NCBI RefSeq assembly: GCF_052425735.1
Contig: NC_135761.1
Span: 20,274,001-20,338,000 of the forward strand
DNA from: Oculina patagonica
Taxonomy: Eukaryota
Length of the DNA: 64,000 bases
Reading direction: 5' to 3'
Within the stretch, counting starts at the first letter, position 1; each line of letters starts with the position of its first letter. The notes beneath the pieces are model-generated. The model saw only the letters and a program-made list of their open reading frames with translations. It made no database searches and was not told where the DNA came from. Positions 58,133-64,000 of the stretch are shown in pieces. A program made the position numbers and the translations under genes.

Positions 58133-60959
58133 TTTATTATAGCTTAAATGATCATACGCGGCCGACAGGAACTTTTGTTAAGTTCTTGGCGCTAAAAAGT
58201 ACGGACAAAGCATTATCTGGAAATGATTGCCCCATTATTACAATGTTTTACGTGTAGCTCGGCCATTTCCTAGCTTATTTCAAATAGAAACGTGCATCTT
58301 TTAGTGTAAAGTTCGGTAGTTTGTTGCACCTTGTTTTTGTTGAAATGAAAAAAAAAAAAAAACACGTTTTGGCTAAGTAGATGCTTTTGAATAAAGCTAC
58401 CCGCGTTTTGGAACCTCGAAGTTGAAGCTTTCACGAATTTTGGCATTCGTGATAAATAAAAACCATCACTTGTTTTGTCTCTTTGAGGAGGGAAATCGCC
58501 TTGTTTGTCATATGCATGTTTGCTTGATTAAATTGACGTTTTTTGGACGCTGTAAAATCTCATTTGGTACTCAGCGAAATCGTTTGAGGTTATTTTAAAG
58601 ACGAAGCTGTTTTTCTTTAAAACAGCTGAGAAAGGAATAAGAAAGTATACGTTTTATAAAAAGTTTTTAATTTTCTTAGGCGCTTTTATACTACCAAATT
58701 GGTATTATAAAAGGATTAAAAACTAATAATATTTATAAAATGTAAACTAATTGCGTTCTGTTGGAACAGACAGTAATCCTTCCATGTTTATGAGCTCGTG
58801 TTAATCAATTTTGTAATTAAAAAAGTTCAAAGTTTACCGAAGAATATCTTATGAGTTTTTATCGACCGATCGATTGCAGCATGTCATTTTAGGAAAATAC
58901 TAATTCTCTTTTGTGTGTTAATGCTTTAAATTGTATATAGGCAGGCGCACATTGTTGCAAAAAAGCCCGATTTTTTAATAATATTTTCAATATTTCATCT
59001 TTTTTCAACATTAAGACTTTTGAGTGGTTTAATGAAAAAGGTAACAATAGGGAACTTGTGCGTGTTGTATAGTGTTATTCAAAGTTTGTAAAATGGACTA
59101 ACAAAGCTGCGAAACCACTTTACTGTGATTCGCTCGCGTACTCAGTTTTATTAACTTTTACGAACCTTTTGTCGTGGTTAATTGATTTGTGAGCTCCATT
59201 ACTGGTAATTATGTAATAACTGGACATCTGGTCGAAGTAATAAACACATTTTGTTCACCTTTACAATTACTTTTAAAATTTAAATGTTTACGACAAGTGT
59301 TTTTCAATGATTTCTGCAGATTGGCAAGGATTTGTAGAGCTGTACTTGTAGTTGTTTTAGTTAAAAGAACCATTTTGTATGACTTTATTTTGATTGCTTG
59401 AAGAGTAAACTTTTGTATAATAAGTACTTTGGTCGTATACCTGAAAGAACTGTGAAACCTATAGTTTCCGTGACAATCGAACAATGGAACACTTTAATTA
59501 AATTTTATCTATTCACGCCAAAATATACAGCTATTTCAATAAACGTTGTCGGGTTAAAGCTAAAACCTAAAAGGCAAGACCGTAGGGCGTTTTGGGTATT
59601 CACTGCAAATTTACATATAAGCTTCATTAAATGCACAAATTTGTATTTCGCACGGGAAGAATTCACGAGTTTGTTTTTCATTTCAGGAAGCCTTTCTGTA
59701 GCTTTACTTTCACTGTCTCTTGCCTCTGAGTTTTGAAAATTCTTCTTTAATTCAGTGTGGCTAAAAGCACCTCGTTTCACATGTTTGAAGAAAATGAAAA
59801 CGTGGAAATTTGCGTTTACCATGTCACTATATATTTTAGTATTCAACACGTGCAGTTACTCTCTTCTTCTACCCATACTGCCTTTCAGTCTTGTCTTTAA
59901 GCTTTCATTCGGACAACGTTAACTGAAATAGCTGTATACACTCGAGTCTCATAATGTAGTTTTGTTAAAGAAATGGGGTCAAGGTCATTTTGGTTCTGTC
60001 CATTCACTGTAGTGGTTGGTAGCAAAACTCACAGTTTCGAAGCTACTTTTAGTTGAGCGTAGCCTAGTCCCTTGACGTTCTCTCTTGTCTCGGTCACCGC
60101 GCAAACCCTGGGACGCGAGGCAGGCGAGTGCTCTTTGGTGACGTCACCGCTCACGATTGGATCCAGACTCCCTTGAGCTAACAACGCCTAGTCGAGCGAA
60201 CTTATGACTTCAGTCCGGATTATTATTAGCTTATTCAAAGCGCGTTTTTTAGTATCAACTGCGACGGCACTGCTGTTTATGAGCACCTTTCCTTATTTTT
60301 GTTCAAACCAATCGCTGCAAGAGCATAAGCTTTTACATTAGCATGTCGCCGTCAGGTCACGCTATGTTGCTTAGCAACGGTCGTAAAAAAAACCGCTGAC
60401 TGATGTTCGAACAATTCCCCTTTGCACGGTAATGATAAAGTTAAGTATTAGTTGTGGTAATACCTTATTTTCTCGGATAATATCCAGGGGCGACTGTTAT
60501 TTTTTTGCGTCAGAAGGGGGCGATTATTTAACATATATGCTCGCTGGAATTCGCGCCATAAATATTTTAATTTGTTTTGTTATCCTATTCAATCAAAATA
60601 ATCAAGAACGCTGAACACGGGCTTTCGAAGTGTTCCAAATTTGATTTCTTTGACTAATTTTTCAATGTCAATACCTTGTCAGAGCACGAATCATTCCTAT
60701 CCCAGTTGTAATTTTTTCACATGACAAGGAGAGGGTGAAAGAAAGGAGAGGTAAAAAGACAAAGAGGGCTGATTATTCGAACGAGGTCGAGGGGTGGGAC
60801 GATTATTTTAAATATTTCTACCAAAGACGGGCGATTATTCTAGCAGGGACGATTAATAGAGGGACAACTGTTATTCGAAGAAATACGGTATTTATACAGT
60901 GGACGAAGAAAAGAGCAGAAATTTGATAAACCAAACCACTTAGAGGATTAGCTTCATAC

Positions 60960-63669
60960 CTTGATTTATGTGAGTCTCGTCACTGTCTGGAGTAATGCTT
61001 TTCAAATCACCTGAAAATAGAATGAAAAGATCGAGCACGTGTTCAGTTATAAGCTGATGATCAACTCTGTCAGTTCCAAGCTCAACATAACAATTCTCCT
61101 TACTAGTTACCATATATTTCTTTTTAATGTCGGTCCTGAGAATTTTGTGGAACATGGAAGATGATAAAAAAGTCTGTGTTGCAGCCTAGTGGCCCATCAG
61201 GCCGGAGCTTATCCTGGTTTCCGTAGCATGAAGCGACTAGGAGTATTTATACTCCCCCTGGATGGGATGCTAGTCCATCACAGGTTTACCCCCCAGCATT
61301 TAAGTCAGCAGTACTCATTTTATACACCTGCTGGATGTAGAGAGGCACTATAAGAATAAAGTGTCTTGCTCAAGAACACAACCCAGTGACCCCAGCCAGG
61401 ACTCGAGTCCGGACCGCTCGATCCGGAGTCTGGCTCGCTAACCATGAGGCCGCTGCGCCTCCCGAAATTCGAAAATAAGCCCCTCTCAAATATAAGGGCA
61501 TGGGCTTATATTCAGTTAAAGCTCTTAAAGACAGAAATATCTTTTCCGATTAGAAGCCTTTTTTGTTGGGCTTGTTTTGTATTTTACGTTGTTTGAGAAT
61601 GCTTAGACATCTAATGACTGTAAGAGTTGTTTGGGTTTCATCAGAAACCCATAATGGGTTTCTGGTTTCATATCATTATGTTTAGTGAGATTTGATTTAC
61701 CATGTGGTATTCTTGTATGCACCAAAAACATTTTCAGACACGGTACCCCGTTCATATAGAGACCCAGATATTTTTGAAACGCAAATTTTCATCTGAAGGT
61801 AAGCCCCACCCTCCACCCCCCCTCCCCCTCCCCATAAACCTTCCCTGAAAATTAGCCCACCTGAAAGGAACATTTAGCAAATATAAGTCCAGGGCTCAGT
61901 TATTTTGCGGAATTTTACCTTAGAGCTGATAGTTTACTGTACTCTGTGTTACCTTTATGACCTCAGATTTTTAGGAAAACATGCTATTTTTTAAGACAGT
62001 GAAGTGCAGAATTACCTAAAAAGTCAAACGGCCTGGTTAATTCCCAGTGAAGGTTAGTTCTGTTTTTGTACAGTTGTCAATGTCCTCAGTCCAAAACGTG
62101 TCTGATAATATTAGGCTGTTCACAACCTCTTCATTATTTCAACGCAAAAAAACGCAAGAGAAATTCTCGCCCCCAAGCCCTACCCCCTCCAGCCTCCAGT
62201 TTTGCGCTGGTGACCAGTTCTCTCGCAAAACTTTTCGCACATTCAACGATACATTCAAAAGTAGGAAAAAAAGAAATACTCCAGAATAAGAATACTGTAG
62301 ATTCCTCACGTGACTAATTAGTAATATGAGACTCACCTTGACTCCCTGAACCGCCGTCAGGAGGGGGGAGTAGGGACTGGGAAGGAAAAGACGAAACGTT
62401 ATTAAACCAAAACCCTGTCGTTTTCAAAATGTGAAGATTTGTTGTTGACATACTTTGTTGCGTATCAAGCTATCACTCTACCGAGGTCAAACGCAGTTAT
62501 TACCTTTAGACGATTATACTATATAGGATTGGTGCATTGCCAGCTTTTTTGAGAGGGATATCAAATGCTGCATAACCCGTTAACCCCGCACCTCCTGAAA
62601 GTGCCATAATACAAATTTGTCAAATTTTCTTAAATACTATTTGGGATGTACAACATTACCACTTGAAAGTACTACTTAACAGCTTTCATTTGGATGGTCA
62701 CACTAGGGTTTTATTCACAGACTAAAAAGTCAAAACCACGTTGTCCAGCGTAGTAGACAGTACCGCATGAAAGTGCTAAGTAGCTTAGATTGAATAGCCA
62801 CACGACAGGGTTTCATCCACAGACCAAAACCACCTTGTACGGCGTAATATACTGCATGAACAGATGAACGTATTGCTCAATAGCTTTTGCTTGAATGATC
62901 AGACACGGGTTTATTTTACAGTTTGAAACATTAGAATGGTATGACGGCTCAAATCTCAAGGTCAGGCTGAAATTAGATCTACAGTTAAATTCTCCTTTCT
63001 GTTTTCCATACTTTTTCTATAGAACCTCTTGGGAGAATTGAATCCCATCTGAGATGATCAAGTACGTCATTCTCGTGACCTGTTTACTCGGATTTGTTAT
63101 AAAAAGGTTAAAAATAGACAAGAACAAGGACGAGAATCTAGAGAAACATTTGAAACAGTCACGTCGTGTTTGAACTTTCTCTCCGTTGAAAGATAATAGG
63201 ATGTTGTAGCACTTAGAAAATCATCATTCGCAATTCATTTATTTATTTATTTATTTATATTTATTTATTTATTACAATCGTCATTGAAAATACAGAAAGG
63301 TCCATAACGGTTCGCATAATAAATTATTGGTCATTATTGTGATCGAGTTAAATATTGGAGAGGGTGGAAAATCGGATTGAGAATTCCGCACGTAAATTTT
63401 GATAGCTTTGTCGATCAAGATTGTCGAGGTTGACAGTCGCGTGCAGTTCTTACATTGCAGCGTTTTCACATTGATGCCTAACTGTAGGAGATAAGTGAGT
63501 TAGTTCTGGTCTCCTTCTCTTTGAAAAAATTCGCTCAAGTTCACCTTGCAGACCTTGGAAATCTTGATGCACGTTTGGCACAGATGTAATTAAAGTTATT
63601 TAAAGCATTAATAGGTTTTACTACAGCAACAAAATTACTCCCTTACCTGGTCTAACGAGTACATTTCCT
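60960..63669 (-). CDS. Small exons of an unidentified gene entering from the right edge
   Basis: Three short exons with good splice sites and compatible phases: 63669-63647, 62376-62337, 61010-60960, reading EMYSLDQ-SLLPPPDGGSGSQ-GDLKSITPDSDETHINQ. No recognisable domain; the terminal exon was not established. Confidence 0.45.
61165..61463 (-). mobile_element. tRNA-derived SINE with a CORE-like central domain, best-preserved copy
   Basis: Minus strand starts GGGAGGCGCAGCGGCCTCATGGTTAG (A-box-like) ...GGACTCGAGTCC (B-box-like), then GTTCTTGAGCAAGACACTTTA resembling a CORE domain. Other copies near 1225-1672, 17642-18540, 47000-47085, 47710-47825, 48220-48310 and 55650-55892. Confidence 0.8.
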
Positions 63670-64000
63670 CTGCAGAGCGAAGCCAAAACAGTTAGTATAA
63701 AAACAAGTCTTCTAACACCGAAGATTTCAATTGTACAGTGATCACGGGGTTTCATTATTTACAGCAGCTGAAAGACCTTCAGCTTTCCGTGAGGATTAAA
63801 ATCGGCTGTTAGCACTGAAACAACAATTCAGTAAAGTGACCTTTAAATTTAAAAGGTCATATGCTATTATTATTGCGTATTTCCTGTTGACTGATCTTTA
63901 AATGATTTGGATGGCGCGGATTGACTGAACGGAACCTTGAAGACGCTCAAAACAGCTCAATTTTCAAACTGCTTGGCCCATAGTTTTCAGTTTTACCCTC

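Noticed and set aside
61390-61463. tRNA gene
   Set aside because: The A/B-box head runs directly into a multicopy SINE body and no full cloverleaf is evident.
63546-63590. Additional micro-exon of the right-edge gene
   Set aside because: It has a donor-like GTGAAC but no convincing acceptor, and the flanking exons already join in phase without it.

Overview
AT-rich, intron-rich animal DNA. The repeat landscape and gene content suggest an anthozoan cnidarian such as a stony coral (inference, not proven). Exon structures were built by hand from splice signals and reading-frame phase. From left to right: (1) a heat shock transcription factor gene (HSF1-like, minus strand, 12 coding exons visible, continuing past the left edge) whose upstream region holds four perfect heat shock elements in two matching pairs, plus TATA, FOXO, CRE and X-box motifs; (2) a repeat-rich spacer; (3) a complete 6-exon ORC6 gene (+) with E2F sites, with a hAT MITE 157 bp upstream; (4) a 22-exon minus-strand gene (about 1244 aa) joining two intact protease classes in one chain: signal/pro-peptide, astacin metalloprotease, three MAM domains, C-type lectin, trypsin-like serine protease. 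One of its introns holds a 6.8-kb CACTA-like DNA transposon nested in a LINE fragment; (5) two tandem PH-domain paralogs with intronless coding regions (+); (6) small exons of an unidentified minus-strand gene at the right edge. Many MITEs and tRNA-derived SINEs are present. The strongest candidates for an undescribed system are the lectin-bearing dual-protease zymogen with apparently reciprocal activation sites and the HSE-rich, possibly autoregulatory and bidirectional HSF promoter.
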